A DNA stretch of 64,000 bases from an uncultured delta proteobacterium (GCA_963695875.1 CAVOID010000005.1:128001-192000); one strand, 5' to 3'; positions 19,641-29,908 are shown, counted from the stretch's first letter. A program made the numbers and translations. Notes: generated by a model not told the origin, from the letters alone.

Positions 19641-20348
19641 ATGAGCGAACCCACCATAATTGAGAAAGCATTTCATACCATCATGAAACGTATGGTAGAA
19701 ACCGGTCAGGCGCCCTTTTACACTGAGCTTGCCGCTGAACTCGGCCTTTCCGTTGAGGGAGGGCGGAAGGTGCTGCACGACCTTTTCTCCTCGGGAATCC
19801 CCGGATGGCTGTACCCCCGAACTGACCACATCGTCTCCTTTGCTCCGTTCAACAGCCTTCCGACACAATACAGGATCACCATCGACGGTCAGCAGAAATG
19901 GTTCGGCCAGTGAGCATTTGAATCGCTGGCGGTCTGCTGGCTATTCCCTGGCAAGACAGTGACAGTGGATTTCCCCTGTCTGGATTGCGGCGCTCCTCTC
20001 CGGGTGGCCATCCGGGACGGTATAGTTCTGAATAGTGAAGCCTCAGGGTACAAAGCCTATGTATCCGTGCCATTCTGGAAATGGTTTGAAGACCCGGGCT
20101 ATGCTTGAAGCACCATGACTCTCTTCCGGTCGGAAGAGCACGTCCGCAACTGGAAGTCCTTTGTCGAAGGCACCGACGAGGGCATCCTGTCAATGCCCGA
20201 TTTGCTCAAGCTGTTCTCCGGGCCTTTCTTCAGGCGGCGGATGGATGAAGACTATGTTTCCCACATGCGCGAATACGCCCGCGGGATGGTTGAAGCCATG
20301 AAAGAAATCGGCAAAACCGGCCCATTCTGGAAAAAGCCGAAAAATTGA
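19641..20348 (+). CDS. Selenoprotein: MerB (organomercurial lyase)-like protein, 235 aa, U91 and U156
   Basis: ORFs 19641-19913 and 20115-20348 are in the same frame, joined by a stop-free 64-codon stretch between TGA 19911 and TGA 20106. Motifs: PFNSLPTQY, WFGQ-U-AFES, PCLDCG, YA-U-STMTLFRSEEH. Confidence 0.88.
19925..19941 (+). promoter_or_regulatory. Candidate SECIS hairpin (U91)
   Basis: GCTGGC-GGTCT-GCTGGC, 6-bp stem with two G-U pairs; loop G at +18. Confidence 0.5.
20121..20138 (+). promoter_or_regulatory. Candidate SECIS hairpin (U156)
   Basis: CTCTTCC-GGTC-GGAAGAG, perfect 7-bp stem; loop G at +20. Confidence 0.75.
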
Positions 20349-20351
20349 TTC

Positions 20352-20417
20352 GGCCTTGTGTCGTGACAGGAATTGATTTCTGAAACCCCGCTCACTCATA
20401 AAGGAGCGGGGTTTTAT
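20352..20417 (+). repeat. 66-bp element containing a terminator; second copy at 26543-26608
   Basis: GGCCTTG..CGTGACAGGAATTGATT.CTGAAA...GAGCGGGGTTTTAT; 10 mismatches by manual alignment. Confidence 0.85.
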
Positions 20418-20565
20418 GAAGAGTCTCGGGGCAGTTCAATTTTTTATCATCATTTAATAGAACTGTTTTTTATATTCTCCCGAGGAGCTGGCTAGGATAG
20501 AACAGTTGTGAAAAATCCTCTAATCTGATGTATGTGGTAATCAATGAATACGTCAGGACTCCCGC

Positions 20566-20880
20566 TCATACACCTATCTTCTTCTCTTTCAAACGTTTAA
20601 TGAACGCCCTCTTTTCTTTACTTTTTGCTTCCTTATACCACCATTGGCCGTCTTCATACCAGATCATGGCGGACTCGCCTCCAAGAAGCTTCGATTTCAC
20701 ATCAATGCCATGATATTCCATTTTATCCTGGAGAAGATCCTTATAAAGTCTATGCTCCCATTTAGAAGCATCAAATAACTCCACATCGAACTTGTGCCAA
20801 CGGCTCTCAATAATAAAACCGGCGAAAATGCTCATAATGCATAGAGCAAAAGTAATTACTGTATATTCAAATTTCTTCAT
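20566..20880 (-). CDS. Hypothetical membrane-anchored protein
   Basis: RBS AAGGAGG before MKKFEY; one TM segment. Confidence 0.55.
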   Translation of the reverse strand: MKKFEYTVITFALCIMSIFAGFIIESRWHKFDVELFDASKWEHRLYKDLLQDKMEYHGIDVKSKLLGGESAMIWYEDGQWWYKEAKSKEKRAFIKRLKEKKIGV

Positions 20881-21430
20881 ATCTACCTCCTTCTCGCTGC
20901 GACGGGAATGGTTTCCCACTCGTCGAGACCCAATCCCTTGCAGATAAGCCTCGATACGCTCCTGTATCGATCTGGCGGAAAAACAATTATTTGGGAAGAT
21001 GCTTTTTACAGTACAAATGGATGGCTATGGATTCCAACACCCAGACAAACAATAATCATGCCTCTTGAGGGATGACAACCTCACAGCGGCATCACATGTG
21101 CATCTTCAGGTGGCACCATCTTCCCATGGTTTACCTTAAAAAGTTAAGGTTTGGTTGTAAGGGTTGATTTTTTGAACTCCTGTGATTTGATAAAATTATA
21201 CCAATTTTGGATGGAATTTTCAACAAAAATCTTTTCTTTTTTTACACCCTAATGTGAAGAATTAGATTATAGATTACGACTTAAATGTTGTAATACTTTT
21301 GCACAATTAGAGATAAAAACTTCAGGTAGCCGTTCATCGATGTTACCTACTACCAAACAGCTTTAAAGAAATAATATTCTGGGGATTACTGTGAGATACA
21401 TGGAAAAACGTCAAGCTAAAGTATGCGGGT

Positions 21431-22204
21431 TCAAATCTCGACGTTAGATGGTTCACAAGTTTGTGCAGGGTTTTTTATAAAGTAGCCTCCCATCCAGATC
21501 AAGACAGCAGCAAAGATAATTCTCAAAGCGCCTTCCGGGAATAAATGCGCGACTGATCCACCTGAGAAAGCCCCTAATACAATACCCGGAATAAGTCCCT
21601 TCAATGGACCTTTTTCGACATTTCCCAGGCGCCAGTGAGTAAACGCCCCTACCATACCCGCGGGGACAATGGCGAGAAGGGAGGTCCCCTGAGCCAGGTG
21701 CTGATCAAACCCCGCCAGAAGCACCATCCCGCCGATCATGACGCCGCCTCCCCCTACACCCATAAGCCCCGACAGGAATCCTGTTGCCGCACCTGTCGCA
21801 ATAAGAATCAATGACTTCGTCATTCCGATTACGGGATGGAAGAATATTGGTAAATATGGCTTTGATAGAATAAAAATGGAAATGCAAATTAAGAAAACAC
21901 CAAAGAACTTTTTTAATTTTATTTCCGGAAGGTCACAACAATATTTTGCACCAATTCTGGCAGGCCAGAGGGCGGCGGCGGCTAACAGAAAGGCTGCCCA
22001 CAAGTCTACAGAGTTGTGCAGAGCATAGGTAAAAGCGCCTATAATTCCGGTGAACACCAGGGCGACAAGGCTTGTGCCGTGGGCCTTATGCTGTCCCAAT
22101 TTTTGAATATTGACCATAAGCGGGATCATAAGGACGCCCCCTCCAATCCCTATCAAACCGCCAAATACACCAGCTATCACGCCAATCAGGAAGCTCATGA
22201 TCAA
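21431..22204 (-). CDS. TauE/SafE (TSUP) family transporter
   Basis: Duplicated GLIGIGGG / GLMGVGGG and AHGTSL / AQGTSL motifs. Confidence 0.92.
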   Translation of the reverse strand: MIMSFLIGVIAGVFGGLIGIGGGVLMIPLMVNIQKLGQHKAHGTSLVALVFTGIIGAFTYALHNSVDLWAAFLLAAAALWPARIGAKYCCDLPEIKLKKFFGVFLICISIFILSKPYLPIFFHPVIGMTKSLILIATGAATGFLSGLMGVGGGGVMIGGMVLLAGFDQHLAQGTSLLAIVPAGMVGAFTHWRLGNVEKGPLKGLIPGIVLGAFSGGSVAHLFPEGALRIIFAAVLIWMGGYFIKNPAQTCEPSNVEI

Positions 22205-22374
22205 TCAGTCTTTATTTTATAAATAATTAAGTTTCCATTCATTGATTTTGACGTGAAATCTACATCAGTCATTTTGATTTGTCGATCATATAATTGGAGG
22301 AAGCAGCTATTCTTCTATTAACCGGAGAGATAACATTACAATACATCGCATGTTACGGTTGGCAATTATTTTAC

Positions 22375-22403
22375 TTGACAGATAATGAGCATATGCTTAT
22401 AAT
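22375..22403 (+). promoter_or_regulatory. Consensus sigma70 promoter overlapped by the near-palindrome ATGAGCATATGCTTAT
   Basis: TTGACA-17 nt-TATAAT exactly. Confidence 0.85.
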
Positions 22404-22424
22404 GCTCGTGAAGGAGTAATAAGA

Positions 22425-22883
22425 ATGGCAAGACCAAAATGTTGTCGGAGAGTAGCAGGAGAACCGGCCTGCGCGATTTTCAAGCCGGCCGGTATGCCTA
22501 TTTCAGTTCTTGATGAAGTAATCTTATCCATGGATGAGTTTGAGGCTATCCGGCTGGCCGATTTTGATGGGCTTTACCATGATAAGGCGGCAGAACAGAT
22601 GAACGTCTCACGGCAGACTTTCGGAAGGATTATTGAAGCGGCACGGCACAAGGTGGCTCAGGTGCTGGTCAAAGGTCTTGCCCTTCGCATTGAAGGAGGT
22701 GAAATTGAAATGGCCGAAACGCGAACTTTTAAATGTATGAAATGTCAGCATACATGGAATGTGCCTTTTGGTACAGGCAGACCCGCAATATGCCCGGCAT
22801 GCAATGATGCTGATATATGCAGAGCTGAAGGGCAGCGAGGACGAGGGAGACCCAGTTGGGCATGCCCGCGTGGCAGGAGATAG
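22425..22883 (+). CDS. DUF134-family DNA-binding protein with C-terminal Zn ribbon
   Basis: MARPKCCRRV, FKPAG, DEFEAIRLAD, MNVSRQTFGRI, CxxC...CPAC. Confidence 0.9.
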   Translation: MARPKCCRRVAGEPACAIFKPAGMPISVLDEVILSMDEFEAIRLADFDGLYHDKAAEQMNVSRQTFGRIIEAARHKVAQVLVKGLALRIEGGEIEMAETRTFKCMKCQHTWNVPFGTGRPAICPACNDADICRAEGQRGRGRPSWACPRGRR

Positions 22884-23040
22884 CGAAGGTCTTAAGCAGG
22901 ATACTCACTATCGAGCAACTGTTTATACTTGTATTTGAACCATTAAGATAATGTCTTTGGCGGAGTGAAATGAAGATCGTGCCGCCATCCAATGGGCGAT
23001 CTTTTCAGACAGTAATGAAGAATAAAGAGGAGATAATAAA

Positions 23041-23418
23041 ATGAAGGTTTGTTTTCCAACTGAAACATTGCAGGGAATGGACAGCAGAGTGTACGGACAT
23101 TTCGGGTCCGCACCTGGCTTTGTAATTGTGGATACGGGTAAGATGAGCGTGGAAGAAATCAACAATAACGATCTGCACCATATCCACGGCATGTGTCAAC
23201 CTCTCAAGGCTCTGGGAGGATTAAAGGTTGATGCCGTGGTTGTCGCCGGTATCGGCATGGGTGCGCTGGCGAAGCTGCAAGCTCAGGGGATCAAGGTTTA
23301 CCGTGGTGCACAGGGCACAGTTCAGCAAAATATTGATCTCATTCAGAACAATAAGCTGCCGCAATTTTTGGCTGATAACGCCTGTGCAGGCCATTCAGGC
23401 GGTGGGTGCGCCCACTAA
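23041..23418 (+). CDS. NifB/NifX-family (dinitrogenase FeMo-cofactor domain) protein
   Basis: HFGSAPGF, HGMCQP, GIGMGA, His/Cys tail. Confidence 0.88.
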   Translation: MKVCFPTETLQGMDSRVYGHFGSAPGFVIVDTGKMSVEEINNNDLHHIHGMCQPLKALGGLKVDAVVVAGIGMGALAKLQAQGIKVYRGAQGTVQQNIDLIQNNKLPQFLADNACAGHSGGGCAH

Positions 23419-23454
23419 TTGGCATGACCCAGAGGTTAATAAAGGAGATAGATT

Positions 23455-25146
23455 ATGTCGTTTAATGTACTTATTATCGGTGGAGTGGCCTGCGGGCCCA
23501 AAGCCGCATCGAGATTAAAACGCCTGCGTCCTGACGCGGACATCACAATTATCGAGAAGGGCAAAATGGTATCTTACGGAGCCTGCGGACTGCCATATTT
23601 TGTGGAGGGGGTGTTTTCCGAAATTGATACACTCATCAAGACACCAGTGGGTGTTCCCAGAACGCCCGCCTTTTTTGAAAAGGTGAAAGGGGTCAAGGTT
23701 CTTACACAAATCGAAGCTCTGAAAATTGATCAGGGTAAAAAGGTGGTGCATGTAAAAAACCTGGAAACCGGTGCCGAAGAGGATATGGGCTACGACAAAC
23801 TTGTTTTGGCCACCGGAGGGTCTCCGTGCCGGCCAAACATTCCAGGCCTTGATCTCAAGAACGTGTGGTTCATGGCGCATCCCGATCATGCCCTCAGTTT
23901 GAAAAAAGAGATTGCGGTGCAGGGTTTGAAAAAGGCCGTCCTGGTCGGGGCCGGGTTTATTGGCATTGAATTAGCGGAAGCTCTTGTTCGTCAGGGGCTT
24001 GAGGTGACAGTTGTCGAGATGTGCGATCAAATTATGCCCGGCGTTCTGGACAAGGATGTAGCCATGTTTGCCGCTAAACATTTGCGTCAGAAGGGCGTAA
24101 ACCTTATTCTGGGAGAGTGCGTTACCGGAATTGAAGGCACGGAAAAGGCAGCCGCGGTCAAAACCACCAAGCAAAGCATCCCGGCGGATGTCGTAGTCGT
24201 TGCGGTTGGAACACGCCCCAACGATAAACTGGCAAAGGAAGCCGGGCTTTTGTGTACTCAGCAGGGTGGCATTGTCATTAACGAATATTGCCAGACGAGC
24301 AATAAAGATATTTATGCGGGCGGCGATTGCGTGGTGAACCGGTATGTGAATGGGAGCTTTGGCGCCCTTCTTTATGTACCCTTGGGGTCGACGGCCAATA
24401 AACATGGCAGGGTCATTGCTAACCATATAGCAGGCTTGCCCACTCCGTTCAACGGTATTGCGTGCACCGCCATCGTCAGGGCCTTTGATATTACCATCGG
24501 CAGAACCGGCTTAACGGAAAGACAGGCTCGTGAGTTGAAAATGGATATAGAAACATTTACCCTGACGGGTCCTGATTTACCTCATTATATGCCGGACAAC
24601 AAACCTCTGGTCATCAAAATGATCGCCTCCAGAAGGGATCGAAAACTGATCGGCGTCCAGGTGGCGGGGCCCGGCAATGGCGCAAAGCGCCTGGATGTGG
24701 CAGCGAGTATGATACTAATGGGCGGCACCATGGATCAGCTTGCCGATGTGGATTTTGGTTATGCACCGCCATATAGCACGGCACTTGATCCTCTGGCGGC
24801 ATGCGCGCATATGTTAACCAACAAACTGGATGGTATTGCTGACGGCGTCTCAGCCCTTGAGGCGAAGGAACGTATAGAAAAGGGCGATGTCCTGTTGTTG
24901 GATGTGCGGACTCCCGACGAATTCCAGACTATGCAGTTGCCTTACGATGTTCTCCACATTCCACTGGGCGCGCTAAGAGGCAAGGCTGCTGAACTGCCCA
25001 AAGACAAAGATATCCTCGCTTTCTGCAAGATAAGTCTGCGCGGCTATGAGGCGCAAAGGATTCTAAACGCCGCCGGATTTGACAGGGTGCAATTCATCGA
25101 AGGGGGCATTGTAGGATGGCCGTTTGAAGTAAAGATGTTGAAATGA
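23455..25146 (+). CDS. CoA-disulfide / persulfide reductase with C-terminal rhodanese domain
   Basis: IIGGVACG, SYGACGLPY, GAGFIG, YAGGDC, YAPPY, LLDVRTPDEF...FCKISLRGY. Confidence 0.93.
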   Translation: MSFNVLIIGGVACGPKAASRLKRLRPDADITIIEKGKMVSYGACGLPYFVEGVFSEIDTLIKTPVGVPRTPAFFEKVKGVKVLTQIEALKIDQGKKVVHVKNLETGAEEDMGYDKLVLATGGSPCRPNIPGLDLKNVWFMAHPDHALSLKKEIAVQGLKKAVLVGAGFIGIELAEALVRQGLEVTVVEMCDQIMPGVLDKDVAMFAAKHLRQKGVNLILGECVTGIEGTEKAAAVKTTKQSIPADVVVVAVGTRPNDKLAKEAGLLCTQQGGIVINEYCQTSNKDIYAGGDCVVNRYVNGSFGALLYVPLGSTANKHGRVIANHIAGLPTPFNGIACTAIVRAFDITIGRTGLTERQARELKMDIETFTLTGPDLPHYMPDNKPLVIKMIASRRDRKLIGVQVAGPGNGAKRLDVAASMILMGGTMDQLADVDFGYAPPYSTALDPLAACAHMLTNKLDGIADGVSALEAKERIEKGDVLLLDVRTPDEFQTMQLPYDVLHIPLGALRGKAAELPKDKDILAFCKISLRGYEAQRILNAAGFDRVQFIEGGIVGWPFEVKMLK

Positions 25147-25262
25147 CGTTAGAACCGGAGTCCGCCCTCGAATGCCCTTGTCGGGGACGGGAAATGACTA
25201 TAAAGAGATGAGGACCAGGAAATTCAACCTTAAGAAAATAAAAAGATTACTTATCGGAGAGT

Positions 25263-25886
25263 ATGGAAAAGAGAGATTTTGACAAGAGTGCTGAATCCTA
25301 TGATCTGAAATCCGGACGGGTCAAACTGGCACAGGACGTGGCGAAAGCCATAATAAATGAAGTCAGGCTTACTCATGATATGGACGTCCTTGATTTCGGG
25401 TGTGGAACGGGTTTGGTTACATTGCAACTGCAACCTTATGTACGAACTGTTACCGGTGTTGACTCGTCTCACGGCATGCTTGATGTTCTTAGATCCAAAA
25501 TCGATGAGCAGAAGCTGAACAATGTCAAAACCGAATTTATTGATATTGAAAAGGGAGATGTGCTGAAAGGCAGATTTCACATCGTTGTCAGCAGTATGAC
25601 ACTGCATCATATCCAGGACATCGGATACCTTTTCAAGGAGTTTTACAACTGTCTTTTATCAGGAGGATATTTATGTATCGCGGACCTGGATTCCGATGGA
25701 GGCGAGTTTCACAGCGATAAAACAGGAGTAGTCCATTTCGGTTTTAACAGATCAGACATTCGCCAGCTTTTTATTCAGGGCGGATTTCAGGATGTGCGGG
25801 ATGTAACAGCGGCCAGAGTTGTAAAGGATTTGTCTGATGGCCGGTCACGAGAATTCACGGTTTTTCTCATGATTGCAAGAAAATGA
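25263..25886 (+). CDS. Class I SAM-dependent methyltransferase
   Basis: VLDFGCGTG, VDSSHGML, SSMTLHH, IADLD. Confidence 0.92.
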   Translation: MEKRDFDKSAESYDLKSGRVKLAQDVAKAIINEVRLTHDMDVLDFGCGTGLVTLQLQPYVRTVTGVDSSHGMLDVLRSKIDEQKLNNVKTEFIDIEKGDVLKGRFHIVVSSMTLHHIQDIGYLFKEFYNCLLSGGYLCIADLDSDGGEFHSDKTGVVHFGFNRSDIRQLFIQGGFQDVRDVTAARVVKDLSDGRSREFTVFLMIARK

Positions 25887-25949
25887 TGATTGACTGTATA
25901 AAGGAATAACGGGAAAAAGGCCTGCCAATTTCGTTTCACGGAGACATAA

Positions 25950-26513
25950 ATGAAACCAGCAATCGTTATTGTCGACATGCTTAAGGATTCATTGGAAGCT
26001 GAACCGGGGTTTCCGATCACCCCTCTTGCCCGTGGCATCTGCCCGAATATCAACCGGCTGACGGAATTCGCCAGGAACAGGTCCATTCCGGTGATTTTCT
26101 CAATGGACAGTTTCCTGAAGGGAGACTTCATCTTCCGGGGAAAGATGAAAGAGCGATCCATACGAGGTACACGGGATGCGGAGGTTACGGATCTGCTGTT
26201 TCAAGCGGAAACCGATATTTACAGCCCCAAGCGCAGGTTCAGCGCTTTCTACAAGACGGACATGGATCAGATTCTCAGACTGCACGGAGTGGACACCGTT
26301 GCGATCTGCGGCATAAGCACCCACTGGTGCGTCCTCGTCACGGCCCTTGACGCCCTGGCGAATGACTTTCAGGCCTGTATCCTTGAAGACTGCTGCGCTG
26401 CCTTCACCAGGGAAATGCATGAAACAACCCTGAACCTTTACCGCAACAACCCGCTCTACCCCCTTTTCAGAATTATGACGTCCGCTGATTTCATGAAGGA
26501 AATGCAGCCTTAA
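25950..26513 (+). CDS. Isochorismatase-family cysteine hydrolase
   Basis: IVDM, KRRFSAF, GISTHWCV, EDCCA. Confidence 0.9.
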   Translation: MKPAIVIVDMLKDSLEAEPGFPITPLARGICPNINRLTEFARNRSIPVIFSMDSFLKGDFIFRGKMKERSIRGTRDAEVTDLLFQAETDIYSPKRRFSAFYKTDMDQILRLHGVDTVAICGISTHWCVLVTALDALANDFQACILEDCCAAFTREMHETTLNLYRNNPLYPLFRIMTSADFMKEMQP

Positions 26514-26542
26514 ATCTTCAGCTGAACCGGGAACAGTAATTT

Positions 26543-26608
26543 GGCCTTGCGCCGTGACAGGAATTGATTCCTGAAATCCTCCTCACTCAGACCTGAGCGG
26601 GGTTTTAT
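26543..26608 (+). repeat. Second copy of the 66-bp element, terminator stem degraded
   Basis: Aligns to 20352-20417. Confidence 0.85.
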
Positions 26609-26913
26609 TTTTTTCGACTTTTATCAACGAATCTTATGTAACCAATAGGTCATATGTTTTTTATTGAAAGAAATACTTCGATCTTTTGAACTACAATGCA
26701 AGACTTCCTTTCTCAGAGTGGGGCATTATTACTCAATGGGCGAGGAAAAGTATCTCAGCAGAGGAAGAAAATTCCATACTCGTCTTTCAATAACTTATTA
26801 TTATCATGGGGGAGTAATATTATTTTTCGTCCTGGTATAGATAATGCAATATTACAAATAAATGAAATTAAAGCAGGTCAGCTTTATTTTACAAGTTTCA
26901 GGAGGTGTCAGCT

Positions 26914-27516
26914 ATGAAGAAACATATGTTCACTGCGATAGGCATCGGAAGCGTGCTTCTGATGTTTACCTTCTTTTCACCGGCGATAACTAATGCCGAG
27001 GTCAATGTCGACGTTAGGGTTGCATTACCACCCCTCTTTATACCTGCACCTCCTCATTTGGTCGTGGTACCGGACACCTATGTGTATTATCCGCCTGACC
27101 AGAACGTAGATATATTCTTCTATCACGGTTACTGGTATCGCCCGCACCATGGGTACTGGTATAGGGCTCGGAATTATAACGGACCGTGGGGTCATATCGT
27201 CAGCAATAGGGTGCCCCGTGCTGTGATTGGGGTTCCATCCGGTTTCCGCCATGGCCCTATGTACGAACGTGTACCTTACGGACAAGTGAAGAAGAACTGG
27301 CGGGGATGGGAGCGTGATCGGCACTGGGACAGAGGCAGACATGAAGGCAAACACGGAGGATGGGAGAAAGGTGAAGGTCGAGGAGAACAGAAAGGTGAGC
27401 AAGAGATAGAAGGGACTTCCGTGAAGGCGAGCATGGGGGAGGAGAAAGGGGCGAACATAGAGGACGGTAAGATAAAATCCGCTCGTATAGACTTCTGCTC
27501 CCACGCTTTTAAGTAG
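26914..27516 (+). CDS. Secreted Pro/Trp/Tyr-rich hypothetical protein (possible frameshift near 27400)
   Basis: Signal peptide; PPxLVVVP, FFYHGYWY. An alternative frame gives a more natural R/G/E/H tail ending at 27470. Confidence 0.7.
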   Translation: MKKHMFTAIGIGSVLLMFTFFSPAITNAEVNVDVRVALPPLFIPAPPHLVVVPDTYVYYPPDQNVDIFFYHGYWYRPHHGYWYRARNYNGPWGHIVSNRVPRAVIGVPSGFRHGPMYERVPYGQVKKNWRGWERDRHWDRGRHEGKHGGWEKGEGRGEQKGEQEIEGTSVKASMGEEKGANIEDGKIKSARIDFCSHAFK

Positions 27517-27595
27517 AATGTAAACAAAGTTGACAAGCACTTTAATTTATGTTATACGTTGTAAAATATTTACTATTTTGTCGTGGAGGCCCTAA

Positions 27596-27961
27596 ATGAG
27601 AATGCTGGTCGTGGATGATGACCCCGGTATTGTGAATATCTTGTCTTTATCGCTGAAGCAGTCTGGCCATGAAGTGGATGAGGCGTTTGACGGGTCCGAG
27701 GCTGTGACGTGGCTCCAGAGCAATTCATACGACGTTGCTATTATAGATGCCATGATGCCTAAAATGAACGGCGCAGAAGTCTGCAAATTCATAAAGTCTA
27801 GATTTCCAGCTACGTATATCATCGGTACGAGCGGCTACTCTGAGTCTCTTAAAAAGCTTAAAAATGAAGGCGCCGATATATGCTTCACCAAGCCTTTCAC
27901 TATAGAACAAATACAAAGAGCCGTAAAAATTCATTTTCATTCTGCCTTGCCCGATTCTTAG
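27596..27961 (+). CDS. Single-domain response regulator
   Basis: LVVDDD, DAMMP, KPF. Confidence 0.88.
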   Translation: MRMLVVDDDPGIVNILSLSLKQSGHEVDEAFDGSEAVTWLQSNSYDVAIIDAMMPKMNGAEVCKFIKSRFPATYIIGTSGYSESLKKLKNEGADICFTKPFTIEQIQRAVKIHFHSALPDS

Positions 27962-28184
27962 CCCCAATGAATCATACAGTGCAGATGTGCTTCTTGATAG
28001 TTACGCCTTTCAATTCGAAAGCATGTATACTTCCCGAATTTTATCAAATGTAAGTTTCAGAAAGAACTTTGTTTTCTGCTAAGGCAGGGCGCCTGACCGA
28101 AAGAGGTCTTCTATCACCGCATACACCTGCAATCTCCTCAATTTATTTGACGAGATTATACCGATGATTACGCCTTGAAATGCG

Positions 28185-28219
28185 CAAAAAAAAGGCAGAG
28201 CCATCTGACTCTGCCTTTG
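28185..28219 (-). terminator. Rho-independent terminator
   Basis: Minus strand AAAGGCAGAG-TCAGATGG-CTCTGCC followed by a T run. Confidence 0.75.
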
Positions 28220-28462
28220 ATGTTTTACAATTGTAGCTGACGCAAAGACTCTCCCTGCAAGCCGATCCGGTTTTTCCTGCCTTACCACTTTGAGATTTTA
28301 AGGGTTCACCAGTGCCGGTTTCACTTTTATCGGGAACCCCAGGGGCAGCGGAACGGCAAGTCAGTTCGACTCTGGGATCTTTTTTCCCAGATGCGAGCAT
28401 GGGACTCGCGATGGACACCCGCTCCAGGTCTCTCTGCCCCAGCACCGCCACACAGAAGCAGC

Positions 28463-29633
28463 TTAGCGGATCGGCCCGCGCATGGATGCCGGGTGGCCAG
28501 GCAGTTGAAGTCGCTTGCCGGTATCCGTGACCTTCGTGCCGTCCACCTTCAGGATGGATACGTCGCCGTCAAGGAAGTTGCCGACGTAGAGGTACTTTCC
28601 GTCCGGGCTGAAAACTGCCCCCTCGGGAAGTCCCCCGCACCACGACCTCGCCGATCTTCGTCACTTTCTTGCCGTTGATCTTTAGCACCGCCACGCTGCC
28701 GTTGCGTTTGTAGAACCAAGCGGTCTTGGCCGAGTTGCCACCCCCGATCAGGAGTGCCACGGCGATCTTGCCCGTGGGGCTGATAACGAAGCCCTCCGGC
28801 CCATCCCCGACCACGACATGGTCGATGACGCGCGGGGGGGTTGCCTCGAGGTCGATTATACTTACCGTGTCCACCTGCCCGTCCGCGGCGCCCGCGTTAC
28901 CGTTGTTCGCAGAGATGGCCAGCTTGCCGTTCGGGGTGACGGCGACGTTGTAGGGCCAGAGGCCGACATTCATGTCATACTTCTTGTAGGTCACCTTCTG
29001 CCCGTCCACCTCCAGCAACGCCACCTTGTGTCCGGGGAACTTCGCCGCCAGAGCGCGCTTCCCGTCCGGAGTGAAGGCCACAGCGGCCACCTGCTCGCCC
29101 ATGGGCACCGTGTCCACAAGCTTCACTTCCTTCCCCTCGATGGAAAGCACGCTGATGGAGTTGTCCGCCCGGTTGGTTACCAGTGCGAGGTTGCCGGCCC
29201 GGTTGATGTCGAGGCCGGAGGGCTGCTTGCCCACCTCAACGGTGGCGATGTGGCTGGGCGGGCTTGTCGTGAGATCGATGACGTAGAGCTTGTTATCGGG
29301 CACGAACTTCCACCCCGCCCCATCCGGCACGGAGTTGACGGAGTTCGCCACGATGGCCAGCCGCCGATCCGGCGTGATGGCCAGGTTCGTGGGCGGGCCG
29401 AAAACCGAGTTGGTCAGCGGAAGGTTGGCGATGATCCGCGGCGATTCCCGCTTGGAGATGTCCACGATGGAGACCGTGTCTTTGCCGGGAGCTGTGGGCA
29501 CAACCTTTCCGGCGTCGTCCCACGTCGCTTTCTCGTCGTTGCCGATGATCATAAGCTGCGCGCTCGCAGCCAAGGGAAAGACCAGAAGCAGCATTATGAT
29601 CGCAATGATTAATCGGATGTTATTATGTTTCAT
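28463..29633 (-). CDS. Secreted YVTN/YncE-like beta-propeller protein, +1 frameshift at the C run 28632-28636
   Basis: Repeated AITPD/AFTPDG/VTPNG blades. The shifted frame continues GLPEGAVFSPDGKYLYVGNF...GHPASMRGPIR-stop. Confidence 0.82.
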
Positions 29634-29908
29634 GACTTTCTCCTTTCCTTTTTTGATAAAGACTCGCTTTGGGGTCCGATAAGAATACGGAAAACGGGGT
29701 TCAATGTCAAAACAAAACGATAACAGTTATGGAGGAATGTTTTAGGCCAGTATTGCAGCTAACGATTATCAAGTGAAATCTTGCATCACGGTCGCAATCT
29801 GTCAGCCAATGACTTAGGGAAGTTATAGGTAACACCGTCTATCCCCAATCTTACTCATGGTACGCAAGAATGATAAGGATGAACTAGAATGTCTAAACCG
29901 GAATATCG

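Noticed and set aside
28186..28460. Possible ncRNA (T-loop-like GTTCGACT, GACGCAAAG, several hairpins): tRNA-Sec, 6S or c-di-GMP riboswitch
   Set aside because: Could not build a cloverleaf, a UCA anticodon arm or the riboswitch core by eye; an Rfam/Infernal scan would be needed.
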